Under the pieces are notes generated by a model. It saw only the letters and a list, made by a program, of their open reading frames with translations, searched no databases and was not told where the DNA came from. From an uncultured Clostridia bacterium (GTDB lineage Bacteria; Bacillota; Clostridia; TANB77; CAG-465), in contig CANQYI010000002.1 in the NCBI GenBank assembly GCA_947628005.1, positions 98,506 to 130,505 on the forward strand: a DNA stretch of 32,000 bases, given 5' to 3'. This document shows, in pieces, positions 15,862-25,075 of the stretch. The position numbers were made by a program, and so were the translations under genes. Every line of letters starts with the position of its first letter. Positions within the stretch are counted from its first letter, which is position 1.

Positions 15862-15937
15862 GCTGGAATAGCTCAGTTGGTAGAGCAACGGTCTTGTAAA
15901 CCGTAGGTCCTCAGTTCAAATCTGAGTTTCAGCTCCA
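15862..15937 (+). tRNA. tRNA-Thr (anticodon UGU), CCA encoded
   Basis: The sequence GCTGGAATAGCTCAGTTGGTAGAGCAACGGTCTTGTAAACCGTAGG... has anticodon stem ACGGT/ACCGT, loop CTTGTAA and T-loop GTTCAAATC. Confidence 0.9.
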
Positions 15938-15944
15938 AGAATAA

Positions 15945-15982
15945 ATATCAGATGTTTATATCTAAACATCTGATATTTTTTG
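15945..15982 (+). terminator. rho-independent terminator of the tRNA cluster
   Basis: A 14-bp perfect stem ATATCAGATGTTTA (15945-15958) / TAAACATCTGATAT (15963-15976) with a 4-nt loop, followed by a T-run. Confidence 0.8.
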
Positions 15983-15990
15983 TTTAAATG

Positions 15991-16020
15991 TTGACTTATA
16001 ATAATAACTTATAATATAAT
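15991..16020 (+). promoter_or_regulatory. promoter of the 147-aa ORF
   Basis: TTGACT (15991-15996), an 18-nt spacer, then TATAAT (16015-16020). Confidence 0.45.
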
Positions 16021-16036
16021 GTAGTTGGTGGTATAT

Positions 16037-16468
16037 ATGAATAAGAAAAAAGTTTTAATTTTTATTTTTGCTATAATATTGTTAATATTATTCTTGGTAT
16101 TCTTATATTTAAAATTTTATAATACTGATAAATATAGTAAATATGATGAAATAATATCATTTTCAAATGAAGCAAATTCTCAAATTGTTTTTTATAATGT
16201 AAATAATGATACTTGTCAAATAGTTAATTATACTTTATCTCCAAGCAAAAATAAAGTAGGGCAAGATATTATGGTAAGAAAATATAAATCTAATAAAGAA
16301 ATTTCTATGGAAAAATTTAAAGTATTACTTGAAGAGATTTCTACTTTAACTAATAAACAATACAAACTAGATGAAAATAATATAATAAAATATGGTGGAG
16401 AAAAAGTTATAACTTCTGCTGAAGAATTAGAAAATATAATAAAACTTGTTGATGAACAAACAAAATAA
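16037..16468 (+). CDS. hypothetical membrane-anchored protein
   Basis: I place the start at the ATG at 16037 (MNKKKVLIFIFAIILLILFLVFLYL), which has a GGTGG RBS. It has a single N-terminal hydrophobic anchor and no recognisable family. Confidence 0.55.
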   Translation: MNKKKVLIFIFAIILLILFLVFLYLKFYNTDKYSKYDEIISFSNEANSQIVFYNVNNDTCQIVNYTLSPSKNKVGQDIMVRKYKSNKEISMEKFKVLLEEISTLTNKQYKLDENNIIKYGGEKVITSAEELENIIKLVDEQTK

Positions 16469-16499
16469 AAAAATGGGGTTTTTAAAAATCCCATTTTTT
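16469..16499. terminator. bidirectional terminator between the 147-aa ORF and tdk
   Basis: The stem is AAAATGGGG (16470-16478) / TCCCATTTT (16489-16497), including one G-T wobble, with an A/T loop and T-runs on both strands. Confidence 0.65.
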
Positions 16500-17067
16500 A
16501 ATCTTTCATACATTCCTTATAACATTTTCTACATAGTGCAATATATGATTCATTTCCACCAATAAAAATCTTTTGCCCATCTTTTACAGGTTTTTCATCC
16601 ACTATTCTTAAATTACAAGTTGCTTTTTTCCCACATTTGCAAATAGTTTTTATTTCTTCTATCTTATCAGCTAACTCCATAAGTGCTAAAGAGCCTTCAA
16701 ACAATTCATTTTTAAAATCTGTCCTCAATCCATAACAAATTACTGGTATATCAAGATAATCTACTACATCACTTAAATTATCAACTTGGGACTTTGTCAT
16801 AAATTGTGCCTCATCAACCAATACAATATCTGGTTTTTTAGTTAAATTTTTTACATATTCAAACAAATCATCTTCACTAGAGAAAGCATAACAATCTTCA
16901 GATATTCCTATTCTAGTAGTTATTTTATTTTTTCCATATCTGTTATCTAGAGCTGAAGTTAATAATAAAGCCTCTTTATTTCTTTCCTTATAATTATAAG
17001 AAACTTTTAATAAATCAATAGTCTTTCCACTTCCCATACTTCCATATCTAAAATATAATTTAGCCAC
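16498..17067 (-). CDS. tdk: thymidine kinase
   Basis: The P-loop is YGSMGSGKT and Walker B is IVLVDEAQF. The C-terminal Zn-ribbon cysteines are CKCGKKATCN...ALCRKC. The start is GTG, with a GAAGGTGA RBS. Confidence 0.9.
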   Translation of the reverse strand: MAKLYFRYGSMGSGKTIDLLKVSYNYKERNKEALLLTSALDNRYGKNKITTRIGISEDCYAFSSEDDLFEYVKNLTKKPDIVLVDEAQFMTKSQVDNLSDVVDYLDIPVICYGLRTDFKNELFEGSLALMELADKIEEIKTICKCGKKATCNLRIVDEKPVKDGQKIFIGGNESYIALCRKCYKECMKD

Positions 17068-17174
17068 TTATATTCACCTTCTTTAATTTTATATAATACA
17101 TTATACAAAAAAAATGATTTTATTTCAATTAAAATAAAATTGTTATTAAATAAGGATAAAATGTTGTGATTTAA

Positions 17175-17203
17175 TTGATATATTAAATTTATTGTGATAT
17201 TAT
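17175..17203 (+). promoter_or_regulatory. promoter of tRNA-Thr(CGU)
   Basis: TTGATA (17175-17180), a 17-nt spacer ending in TGa, then TATTAT (17198-17203). Confidence 0.45.
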
Positions 17204-17215
17204 AATGTCGTAATT

Positions 17216-17291
17216 GCTGGAATAGCTCAGTTGGTAGAGCAGCGGCATCGTAAACCGCAGGTCCTCAGTTCAAATCTGAGTTTCAGCTCCA
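17216..17291 (+). tRNA. tRNA-Thr (anticodon CGU), CCA encoded
   Basis: It is identical to the 15862-15937 tRNA except at 5 positions, all within the anticodon arm. The stem is GCGGC/ACCGC and the loop is ATCGTAA. Confidence 0.85.
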
Positions 17292-17293
17292 AA

Positions 17294-17317
17294 AAAAGCA
17301 GGAATATTCCTGCTTTT
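17294..17317. terminator. bidirectional terminator (tRNA-Thr on plus, rsmA on minus)
   Basis: The palindrome AAAAGCAGG-AATATT-CCTGCTTTT has A/T runs on both sides. The rsmA stop is at 17321. Confidence 0.75.
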
Positions 17318-17320
17318 ATA

Positions 17321-18175
17321 TTATTTATTTTTTGTCTCTGAAATTTTATCTGCAAGTTTAATATATTCATTTATACTTAATTCCTCTGCTCTAACGTTAT
17401 CAGTTAAGCCACAAATATTAACAAATTTTTTTATATCTTCTTTATTCATGTTTAAAAAATGCGCTTGCTCTAACGAATTTATCATTTTCTTTCTACGCAT
17501 TGCAAATGCAGAGTGTATTAAATCAAATAATACATTTTCATCTTTTACATTATACCTTTTTTCCTTTTTCAAATTAATTATAGCAGATTCCACATTAGGA
17601 GATGGTATGAAACTTGAATTTGGGACAAAAAATTTAATTTCGGGTATTGCTAAATATTCTACCATTAATGTAAGTATTCCGTAATCTTTAGTCTTGCAAG
17701 GTGCTACCATTCTTTTGGCTACTTCCTTTTGAACCATTACTGTAATTTCTTTAATATCACTAGATTCCTGTAATAATTTAAATAATATTGGTGTAGTTAT
17801 ATAATACGGTAAATTTGCTACTACTTTTATATTACTTGAATTATATTCTCTTGTTAATTCATCTAAATTTATTTTTAGTATATCTTGATTTAATATTTTA
17901 TAATTTTGGTACTCTTTAAATCTATCTTCCAATACCCCTATCATACTATTATCAATTTCAATCAATATTACAAACTTTGCTTTCTCTATAAGATATTGTG
18001 TAAGATTTCCAAGTCCTGGTCCTATTTCTATTACTATATCATCTTCAGTAATGTTTGATGCATCTACTATATTTTGCAAAATATTATCATCTATTAAAAA
18101 ATTCTGACCAAATTTTTTAGTTGGATTTATATTATATTTATTCATTAGATATTTAGTTTTATTTAATGTATTCAT
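17321..18175 (-). CDS. rsmA: 16S rRNA (adenine1518/1519-N6)-dimethyltransferase
   Basis: Motifs: KKFGQNFLID, SAM motif EIGPGLGNLT, and ANLPYYITTPI. Confidence 0.9.
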   Translation of the reverse strand: MNTLNKTKYLMNKYNINPTKKFGQNFLIDDNILQNIVDASNITEDDIVIEIGPGLGNLTQYLIEKAKFVILIEIDNSMIGVLEDRFKEYQNYKILNQDILKINLDELTREYNSSNIKVVANLPYYITTPILFKLLQESSDIKEITVMVQKEVAKRMVAPCKTKDYGILTLMVEYLAIPEIKFFVPNSSFIPSPNVESAIINLKKEKRYNVKDENVLFDLIHSAFAMRRKKMINSLEQAHFLNMNKEDIKKFVNICGLTDNVRAEELSINEYIKLADKISETKNK

Positions 18176-18221
18176 TTTTTATTTAAAAACAAAATTGCTA
18201 GAAAACTCTAGCAATTTTATT

Positions 18222-19298
18222 TTATAATCCTCCATTATTAATTATTCTATCTCTTATTGCTCTTACAGTATTACTATAAGATCTATGTAATATTCCTTGA
18301 CTATAACATGAATTATAATAAGCTCCTTCACCCATGTTATATGCATTTAATGCATATGCCTCTACACTTGCTACATCTGTTTCTCTAGCTCTAGCTAAAG
18401 AAAAATAATGAGATAACAAGTATGCACCAGCAGTCATATTATCATAAGGATCAAAGAAATTAGTAACGCCTAATCTTGCTGATAACATTGAATGATTGGA
18501 TACATGTATTTGGCATAATCCATACGAATTACCTCCACCTACTGCACCAGAATTAAATCCACTTTCTTTATACATTATAGCTAAAAATAACTCATATTGA
18601 ATTCCATATTGTTGACACAAATTATAAGCATATTTTTGTTGTTCTACAGGAAGACCAATATTATATTGTCTAAATCCTGAATCAGTAACTATTTCATTTG
18701 ATGAAGCAGTTATCATTGAACTTCTTGAAGTTGTTGTATTTAACATTGTTCCAACTTCTATTACTCTTGGAGTAGCTTCAGAGACTACAGAACTTGCTAT
18801 TTCAGTTCTAAGTATTTCATCCTTACCACTAGTTTTTACAATATATTTTGTTATTTTTTCTCCCTCTTTACCTTCTTGTGCAACTCTTACTACACCTCTA
18901 GTAATTAAGGAATTATCTACTTTTTGTTCTTCATATGGGATTGATTCAACAACCTCTTCAACTTTTGCAACAACTGTTGATCCATTAGATAGCTCTTCTT
19001 CAAAATTAAATTTTGCATATTCTTTATTTGAAGAAACCTTTATTTCCATTCCATCAGTTATCAAAGAATCTTTTGATGGAGAAATATTAGTATCATTTCC
19101 AACATATATTTTATTTTGAATTATAAATCCACTAACTGTTTGAGATAATGTCTTTATAGTTGTTTTTTCACCATAATAATTTAAAGTAATTGTTTTTACT
19201 TGAGAAGCTACTAAAATAAGTCCCGCAGTAGCAATAATCAAAATGATTGTGACTATACTTAGTGTTTTTCTTAAAGCATAAGCCTTATCTTCTTTCAC
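18222..19298 (-). CDS. YabE/RpfB-like wall protein: TM anchor, DUF348-like repeat(s), G5 domain, C-terminal SLT-type lytic transglycosylase
   Basis: The start is GTG with a GGAGGG RBS. The G5-like segment is EEQKVDNSLITRGVVRVAQEGKEGEKITKYIV. The SLT motif is MYKESGFN...YGLCQIHVSNH. The position upstream of rsmA matches the yabE-ksgA synteny of Firmicutes. Confidence 0.7.
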   Translation of the reverse strand: MKEDKAYALRKTLSIVTIILIIATAGLILVASQVKTITLNYYGEKTTIKTLSQTVSGFIIQNKIYVGNDTNISPSKDSLITDGMEIKVSSNKEYAKFNFEEELSNGSTVVAKVEEVVESIPYEEQKVDNSLITRGVVRVAQEGKEGEKITKYIVKTSGKDEILRTEIASSVVSEATPRVIEVGTMLNTTTSRSSMITASSNEIVTDSGFRQYNIGLPVEQQKYAYNLCQQYGIQYELFLAIMYKESGFNSGAVGGGNSYGLCQIHVSNHSMLSARLGVTNFFDPYDNMTAGAYLLSHYFSLARARETDVASVEAYALNAYNMGEGAYYNSCYSQGILHRSYSNTVRAIRDRIINNGGL

Positions 19299-19327
19299 TA
19301 AAACAACCCTCCTTAACTGACAGTTTA

Positions 19328-19356
19328 ATTATAGCATTTTTTTATTTCCTTGTCAA
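19328..19356 (-). promoter_or_regulatory. promoter of the yabE-like gene
   Basis: On the minus strand: TTGACA (19356-19351), a 17-nt spacer, then TATAAT (19333-19328). Confidence 0.6.
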
Positions 19357-19466
19357 ATTTTTATTATTGTTATGTAAAACATGAAATGTAAGTTTATTTT
19401 ATATTTGTAAACATATAGCATATTTTAAACATTTTTATTACATTTAGATTACATATTTATTTCGTT

Positions 19467-20219
19467 TTATATTTTTTTAGTCTGTGCTCTATATGCACTT
19501 TCTAATAATATTCTATCTGGTATTATTTTAGACGCCAAATATATAAGTTTTGATATTTTACCAGGAATTATTACTTTTTTACCTTTAGATAGTTTTTTTA
19601 TTGTATATTTTGCTACATATTCAGCTGTTAGTGGTTTCATATTAAATTTTACTTTTGCTACATCATTAAATTTGGTATCTACTGGTCCAGGACATAGTGC
19701 AGATACTATAACTTTGCTACCTTGTTTTCTTAATTCTTTATCTATTCCTCTTGTTAAGCTAAGTACATAAGCTTTTGTAGCGTAATATGTAGACATTAAA
19801 GGCCCTGCAGGCATAAATCCAGCAATTGAGGCAACATTTAATATTTTACCTCTATTATTTTTAATCATATCTTTTAAAAATAATTTAGTAAGGGTATGCA
19901 ATGCCTTTACATTTAAGTCTATCATATTTAATTCTCTATCTAAATCCAATGTTCCAAAATCACCAAAAATTCCAAATCCGGCATTATTTATTAAAAGATC
20001 AATTTTTTTGTCTTTCAACATTTCATGAAGTTTCTTGCAATTATCAATATTTGAAAGGTCCATATCAATAACTTCAACTTCAGTTTTTAATAAATCTTTT
20101 AACTTGTTTAAATTCTTTTTATCTCTAGAAACTATTACCAAATCGTAACCTATGCTACTTAATTGTTTGGCTAGTTCATAACCAATTCCTGAAGAAGCCC
20201 CTGTAACTAACGCTCTCAT
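19467..20219 (-). CDS. short-chain dehydrogenase/reductase (SDR) family oxidoreductase
   Basis: Motifs: TGASSGIGYELA (TGxxxGxG), NNAG, and the catalytic YYATKAY (YxxxK). Confidence 0.85.
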   Translation of the reverse strand: MRALVTGASSGIGYELAKQLSSIGYDLVIVSRDKKNLNKLKDLLKTEVEVIDMDLSNIDNCKKLHEMLKDKKIDLLINNAGFGIFGDFGTLDLDRELNMIDLNVKALHTLTKLFLKDMIKNNRGKILNVASIAGFMPAGPLMSTYYATKAYVLSLTRGIDKELRKQGSKVIVSALCPGPVDTKFNDVAKVKFNMKPLTAEYVAKYTIKKLSKGKKVIIPGKISKLIYLASKIIPDRILLESAYRAQTKKI

Positions 20220-20357
20220 ATAAATACCTCACCTAAAATATTATCACATATATACAAAATTAACAATATTTATATTAAAATTTGCCATGTTATTACATTT
20301 TATCTTAACATTTGACTTATAGTGTGATATAATACCACTTACTAGGAGAGTGAAACT

Positions 20358-20942
20358 TTGAATAATCTATACGTTTTTGTTGAAAAAGAAAAGTGTGATG
20401 ACTGTGTAAAGTACGGAATGAAATTATCAGAATATTCTAACAAGATAATAAGTTGTGAAGATATTGATAGAAAGGGAATTCAAGCTTTCTTGTCCCCTAA
20501 AGATTCTAATCTTTATTTGAATCCTAATTATTGTTGTTTAAGAATAAACGTTAATTTACTTAATGTATATATTTATAACCAAGCATTAGAAAATACTGAT
20601 ATGATAAAAAAATTTATAGTAAAGCTATCAGATTATGTTTTAGGCAGTTTTGAAGACCCTATTGCTCTAATAACTTCTACTATATTACCAGAAAACATTT
20701 CTATTTATAATGAAACTTTAGATGTTCCACTTATAATAGAAAATTCAAAAGAATTTTATTATAAAAAATCAATATTAGAATTGATAGAAAACGAAGATTT
20801 TTCAAATTATGAAATATATCAAGTTTTACTGTTATTAGGAGAAAAAAAACAGGCTTTAAATATCAAAAAATGTTCAGATAATTTGAGAATATATGTTGAT
20901 TCAAAGCACAATAAACAATATACAAGGAAGGGCAATTTTTAA
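20358..20942 (+). CDS. hypothetical protein
   Basis: 194 aa with a TTG start and an AGGAGAG RBS. A TTAACA-17-TATAAT promoter lies upstream. I recognise no family. Confidence 0.5.
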   Translation: MNNLYVFVEKEKCDDCVKYGMKLSEYSNKIISCEDIDRKGIQAFLSPKDSNLYLNPNYCCLRINVNLLNVYIYNQALENTDMIKKFIVKLSDYVLGSFEDPIALITSTILPENISIYNETLDVPLIIENSKEFYYKKSILELIENEDFSNYEIYQVLLLLGEKKQALNIKKCSDNLRIYVDSKHNKQYTRKGNF

Positions 20943-20943
20943 G

Positions 20944-22200
20944 TTACCCTTCCTTATATATTATCTGATCATATACTTTTAATTCTTCACTTGGTGAATC
21001 TAAATTATATTTTTCTAAATTTTCATCAGACATATTTTTTACGATACAAACATTATCACTTTCAATTTCTATATCTACTGGAATATCTAAATACTGCCCT
21101 ATATGTATTGCTGTAACGTAATTATAACCCTTTTCAGGATCTTGTTTTATATAATGTTTTGGAATAGCAAGTCCTGATACTTTTTTCCAAACTATATTGA
21201 TACTACATGCTCTTTCATCTATGATGTTTTCAATTCCATTACTTAATTTTAATATACAATAGTAATAATTTTCACTATCTACTATTTTTTCAAGTTTTGC
21301 TGAAAGTTTAACACCATTAATTTCCGGTAATTTAATATTATAAGTTTTTCCTTCACTTATATAGTCATCATTTTTTCCTTTTTCCTCTTTAACTACTATA
21401 TATGCCTCATAATTATCAACTACTTTAATTCCAAATTTATTTTGATCATTATTACTATATTTACTAATTATATTTTCTAAATCTGATATACTATAACTAA
21501 ATATACTCTTTACATCACTTGTATTTTCTAGTCCATCTATTTTATAAGTCACAATACCGGTAATTGGAGCTTTTATATTATTAGATGAAGTTTTGCTTTT
21601 TGTTTCATATTCTTCTCTTTCATTAATTAAGTCCCTTATCTTAGAGCCTTCTGGGCTCAAAGATCCAAGTATTAAAACTTTTTTATATGATAATTCATCT
21701 AATTTATTCTTATATTCTTGCATTTTTATATATGAAGTAGTTTTTAAAGCAAGGTTAGAAATATTAGAAATTTCGTTTTCAATTTCTTTTACATCACTAG
21801 AGTATGTATATGGTAAGTCTTTAACTAAAGATTCTATATCTTTATCCATTATTGCTATTTCTTCTAGATATTTATCATAATTGCTATCTTTATATATTGC
21901 AATTATTTCATTTTTTGCAGTCTTTTTTCCTTGCTCTATAACTGGTATTGCAACTCCTGAATTAGAAATGCTTGCAACACTTTCGTCCTTTACTATATAT
22001 CCTAATGTGTCTGTTGATTTTTCTACATATCCATTGCCTACTGTATAAGTTTCTATATTGCCATACCACTTATTATACATACTGACACATAGAACAATTA
22101 TAAAGATGAAAATTACAATAAATATATTCAAAAAATTTTTTTGAAAAAAATTTTTTATCTTTCCTTTTTTACCTACATTTTCTTCAGTTACTTTTTCCAT
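20944..22200 (-). CDS. membrane-anchored HlyD/membrane-fusion-like protein (putative)
   Basis: 418 aa. It has an N-terminal TM segment (FLNIFIVIFIFIIVLCV), then a lipoyl-like hairpin half (GYIVKDESV...GKKTAKNEIIAIY), a coiled-coil segment, and the return half (IKAPITGIVTYKIDG). It starts 14 nt after miaA. Confidence 0.4.
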   Translation of the reverse strand: MEKVTEENVGKKGKIKNFFQKNFLNIFIVIFIFIIVLCVSMYNKWYGNIETYTVGNGYVEKSTDTLGYIVKDESVASISNSGVAIPVIEQGKKTAKNEIIAIYKDSNYDKYLEEIAIMDKDIESLVKDLPYTYSSDVKEIENEISNISNLALKTTSYIKMQEYKNKLDELSYKKVLILGSLSPEGSKIRDLINEREEYETKSKTSSNNIKAPITGIVTYKIDGLENTSDVKSIFSYSISDLENIISKYSNNDQNKFGIKVVDNYEAYIVVKEEKGKNDDYISEGKTYNIKLPEINGVKLSAKLEKIVDSENYYYCILKLSNGIENIIDERACSINIVWKKVSGLAIPKHYIKQDPEKGYNYVTAIHIGQYLDIPVDIEIESDNVCIVKNMSDENLEKYNLDSPSEELKVYDQIIYKEG

Positions 22201-22214
22201 ATACTTCCCCTCAT

Positions 22215-23144
22215 TTATAAATTATCAATTATAAATTTCACTTGTTTTTCTTTACTCATATTTCCATCTATTTTTATAGTATTAAGTTTATTTTTAAACC
22301 AAGTTATCTGTCTTTTAGCATATCTTCTTGTCTCTTGCTTTAAATTTTCTATACATTCTTCTAAAGTTTTTTCACCTTTAAAATAATCAAAAAATTCTTT
22401 ATACCCTATAGCCTGCATACATGTGCAATATTTGTTTAAATTCATGTCATAAATCTTTTTTGCTTCATCTATAAGTCCATTTTCTACCATCAAATCTACT
22501 CTTTGATTTATTCTTTCATAAAGCTTTTGTCTCTCATAATCAATGTAAAATACTTTAAATGAATACTTATTTTGATTTTTAGAAATTCTTTCTTCTTCAT
22601 TTTTCATATGCTCAGATTTTTTTATTTTAGTATTATTATAAATTTCTAATGCTCTTATTACTCTCTTTGTATTATTTTTATGTATTAGCTTTGCTGATTC
22701 TGGATCAACTTTATTTAGCATATCATACAGATAATCAGCAGATTTTTCTTCTAATATTTTGTATAGTTCATCCCTATATTTTGTATCAAATGATTCTTCG
22801 TCAAAGTTCATTTCATTAACAATAGCATTAATATAAAGTCCTGTTCCGCCAACGATAATTACATTATTTCCACTGTTTTTTATTTCATCGATTTTATCAT
22901 AGCACATTGATTTAAAATCTGCAACACTATATTTTTCATCAGGATCTACTATATCAATTAAGTGATGTTTTACACCTTGCATTTCTTCTTTTGTTACCTT
23001 AGCAGTCGCAATATCAAGTCCTCTATATACTTGCATAGAATCTGCAGAAATTATTTGTGCATTTATTTTTTTTGCAAGTTCAATAGAAAGCCCTGTTTTT
23101 CCAGATGCTGTTGGTCCAACTATACAAATCACTTCATCTATCAT
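22215..23144 (-). CDS. miaA: tRNA dimethylallyltransferase
   Basis: Motifs: P-loop IVGPTASGKTGLSIELAK, ISADSMQVYRGLDIATAK, and GGTGLYINA. Confidence 0.9.
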   Translation of the reverse strand: MIDEVICIVGPTASGKTGLSIELAKKINAQIISADSMQVYRGLDIATAKVTKEEMQGVKHHLIDIVDPDEKYSVADFKSMCYDKIDEIKNSGNNVIIVGGTGLYINAIVNEMNFDEESFDTKYRDELYKILEEKSADYLYDMLNKVDPESAKLIHKNNTKRVIRALEIYNNTKIKKSEHMKNEEERISKNQNKYSFKVFYIDYERQKLYERINQRVDLMVENGLIDEAKKIYDMNLNKYCTCMQAIGYKEFFDYFKGEKTLEECIENLKQETRRYAKRQITWFKNKLNTIKIDGNMSKEKQVKFIIDNL

Positions 23145-23153
23145 AAATTATAC

Positions 23154-25022
23154 CTATTTTCTCAAAAATTTCCTTTCAATTTCATATTTGCTCATAATAA
23201 TTGCTGTTGGTCTACCATGTGGGCAATTAAATGGATTATCAAGTTTTATCATATCATCTATTAAAGATATTTGTTCCTCTTTAGTTAACTTCATTCTTCC
23301 TTTTACTGCAGCTTTACATGCAAGTGTAGCTATAAATCTTTCTTCCTTAGATTCAGAATAAGTTTTACTTGCACCTAACAAATCTTCTATCATATCTTTA
23401 AACAATGATTTATAATCCAAATCATACCCTATATTTGGAACTCCAGATACTTTAAAACTGTTTTGACCAAATTCTTCCATATCAAATCCAGAATTAATAA
23501 ACATATCTAAATTTTTATCTACTATTTCTTTTTCCTTAGAAGTCAATTCTATTATAATCGGAATAAGTAACATTTGCGTAGAAGGAGATTTTGAAAAATA
23601 ATCTTTCTTTATTTTTTCATATAGTAATCTTTCATGTGCTGCATGTTGATCAATTATATACATTTTATCATCTATTTGTATTATTATATAAGTATCAAAT
23701 ACTTGTCCTATATATTTATAAAATATTTCTGGAACATCTTTAACTTCTTCTTTTACACTTTCATTGCTAACAACATCATTTATTTTTTCTTTAGTTTCAA
23801 TACTAAATATATTTTCTTTAGGTTCTTCTGCAATGTAAGGAATAAATACTTCTTCTGCGACTTCTAATTTAGGCTCAACTTTTTCAATCTTTTCAACCTT
23901 TTCAATTTTTTTAACTTCTTCAATATTATCTTTTTTAATTACATCTTTTGATATATCTAGTTCTTTTTTAGGCTCTATTTTTTCATATTCTAATTTTGTA
24001 TTTTTAATAGTAGTAAAAGGACTATTTTTAGTAGCATCTTCTTCTAGGCATGTTTTAATACCATTATACACAACATCAAAAATTTTAGATTCGTTTTCAA
24101 ATTTTACTTCTAATTTTGAAGGGTGAACATTTACATCTACGTAACTTGGATTTATTTCTAAATTCAAAACTATAAAAGTAAATTTTCCTATAGCATATTT
24201 TTGAAGACACGCCTTATCAATAGCGGTGTTTATAATCTTGTCCTTTATATATCTTGTATTTAAGAAAGTAAATTGATGCATCCTAGTAGAACGAGAAATA
24301 CTTGGGCGTCCTATCATTCCTGTTACTTTCATATTTTCATATTCATAATTTATTGGTATAACATTATCATATATTTCTTTTCCAAAAATTTCATATATAG
24401 TAGACTTTAAGTCTGATTTGCCTGAGGTCTGCAATATTGTTTTATTATTATTTATATATTTTATGCTTATCTCTGGATGAGCAAGTGCAATTCTTGTCAC
24501 CACATCTTCTATGTAAGATGCTTCTGTAAAATCTTTTTTCAAGAATTTAAATCTAGCTGGTACATTATAAAAGACATCTTTTACTTCTATCATTGTGCCT
24601 TGAACTGCAGCAGAAGGCTCAATACTTAAGATATTTCCAGCTTCTACTATTGCCTTCATTCCAACATTTTCATCTACATTTTTAGTAATCAAACATACCT
24701 TTGAGATTGCAGCAATTGACGCTAAAGCTTCACCTCTAAAGCCCATTGATTTTATTTTTTGTAAGTCCTCTTCTTTTCTTATTTTACTTGTAGCGTGTCT
24801 TTCAAAAGCAAGCTCTACATCATCACTTTTAAATCCGACTCCATTATCAGTAATTTTTATTAGACTTACTCCTCCATTTTTTATTTCAACGGTTACCTTG
24901 GTAGCCTTAGCATCTATAGAATTTTCTACAAGTTCTTTTACAATAGATGCTGGTCTATCAACCACTTCACCTGCTGCTATCTTATTTATTGTATATTCAT
25001 CTAGTAATACTATATCGCCCAT
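23154..25022 (-). CDS. mutL: DNA mismatch repair protein MutL
   Basis: GHKL ATPase motifs are IAAGEVVDRPASIVKELVENSIDA, DNGVG and GFRGEALASI. The C-terminal motif is FNCPHGRPT. Confidence 0.92.
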   Translation of the reverse strand: MGDIVLLDEYTINKIAAGEVVDRPASIVKELVENSIDAKATKVTVEIKNGGVSLIKITDNGVGFKSDDVELAFERHATSKIRKEEDLQKIKSMGFRGEALASIAAISKVCLITKNVDENVGMKAIVEAGNILSIEPSAAVQGTMIEVKDVFYNVPARFKFLKKDFTEASYIEDVVTRIALAHPEISIKYINNNKTILQTSGKSDLKSTIYEIFGKEIYDNVIPINYEYENMKVTGMIGRPSISRSTRMHQFTFLNTRYIKDKIINTAIDKACLQKYAIGKFTFIVLNLEINPSYVDVNVHPSKLEVKFENESKIFDVVYNGIKTCLEEDATKNSPFTTIKNTKLEYEKIEPKKELDISKDVIKKDNIEEVKKIEKVEKIEKVEPKLEVAEEVFIPYIAEEPKENIFSIETKEKINDVVSNESVKEEVKDVPEIFYKYIGQVFDTYIIIQIDDKMYIIDQHAAHERLLYEKIKKDYFSKSPSTQMLLIPIIIELTSKEKEIVDKNLDMFINSGFDMEEFGQNSFKVSGVPNIGYDLDYKSLFKDMIEDLLGASKTYSESKEERFIATLACKAAVKGRMKLTKEEQISLIDDMIKLDNPFNCPHGRPTAIIMSKYEIERKFLRK

Positions 25023-25075
25023 ACTTATATTACCTCCAATAAAATTTTATATATAAATTATTTGCAAATATTTAA

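Noticed and set aside
15715-15906. A 63-aa plus-strand ORF.
   Set aside because: It runs straight through the three tRNA genes (Lys, Glu, Thr). It is an open frame by chance in structured RNA genes.
15862-17291. The repeated tRNA-Thr sequence as att-like direct repeats bounding an integrated island.
   Set aside because: Both copies are complete, foldable tRNAs with different anticodons. The intervening DNA holds only tdk and a small ORF, with no integrase or mobility gene.
19372-19454. A cluster of five ATGTAA/TTACAT hexamers, including ATTACAT-TTAG-ATTACAT with 11-nt periodicity, upstream of the yabE-like promoter.
   Set aside because: The hexamer is A+T-rich and short in an intergenic region that is nearly all A/T. 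It matches no known operator that I can name (not a cre site or a 0A box). Chance occurrence is plausible without a genome-wide count.
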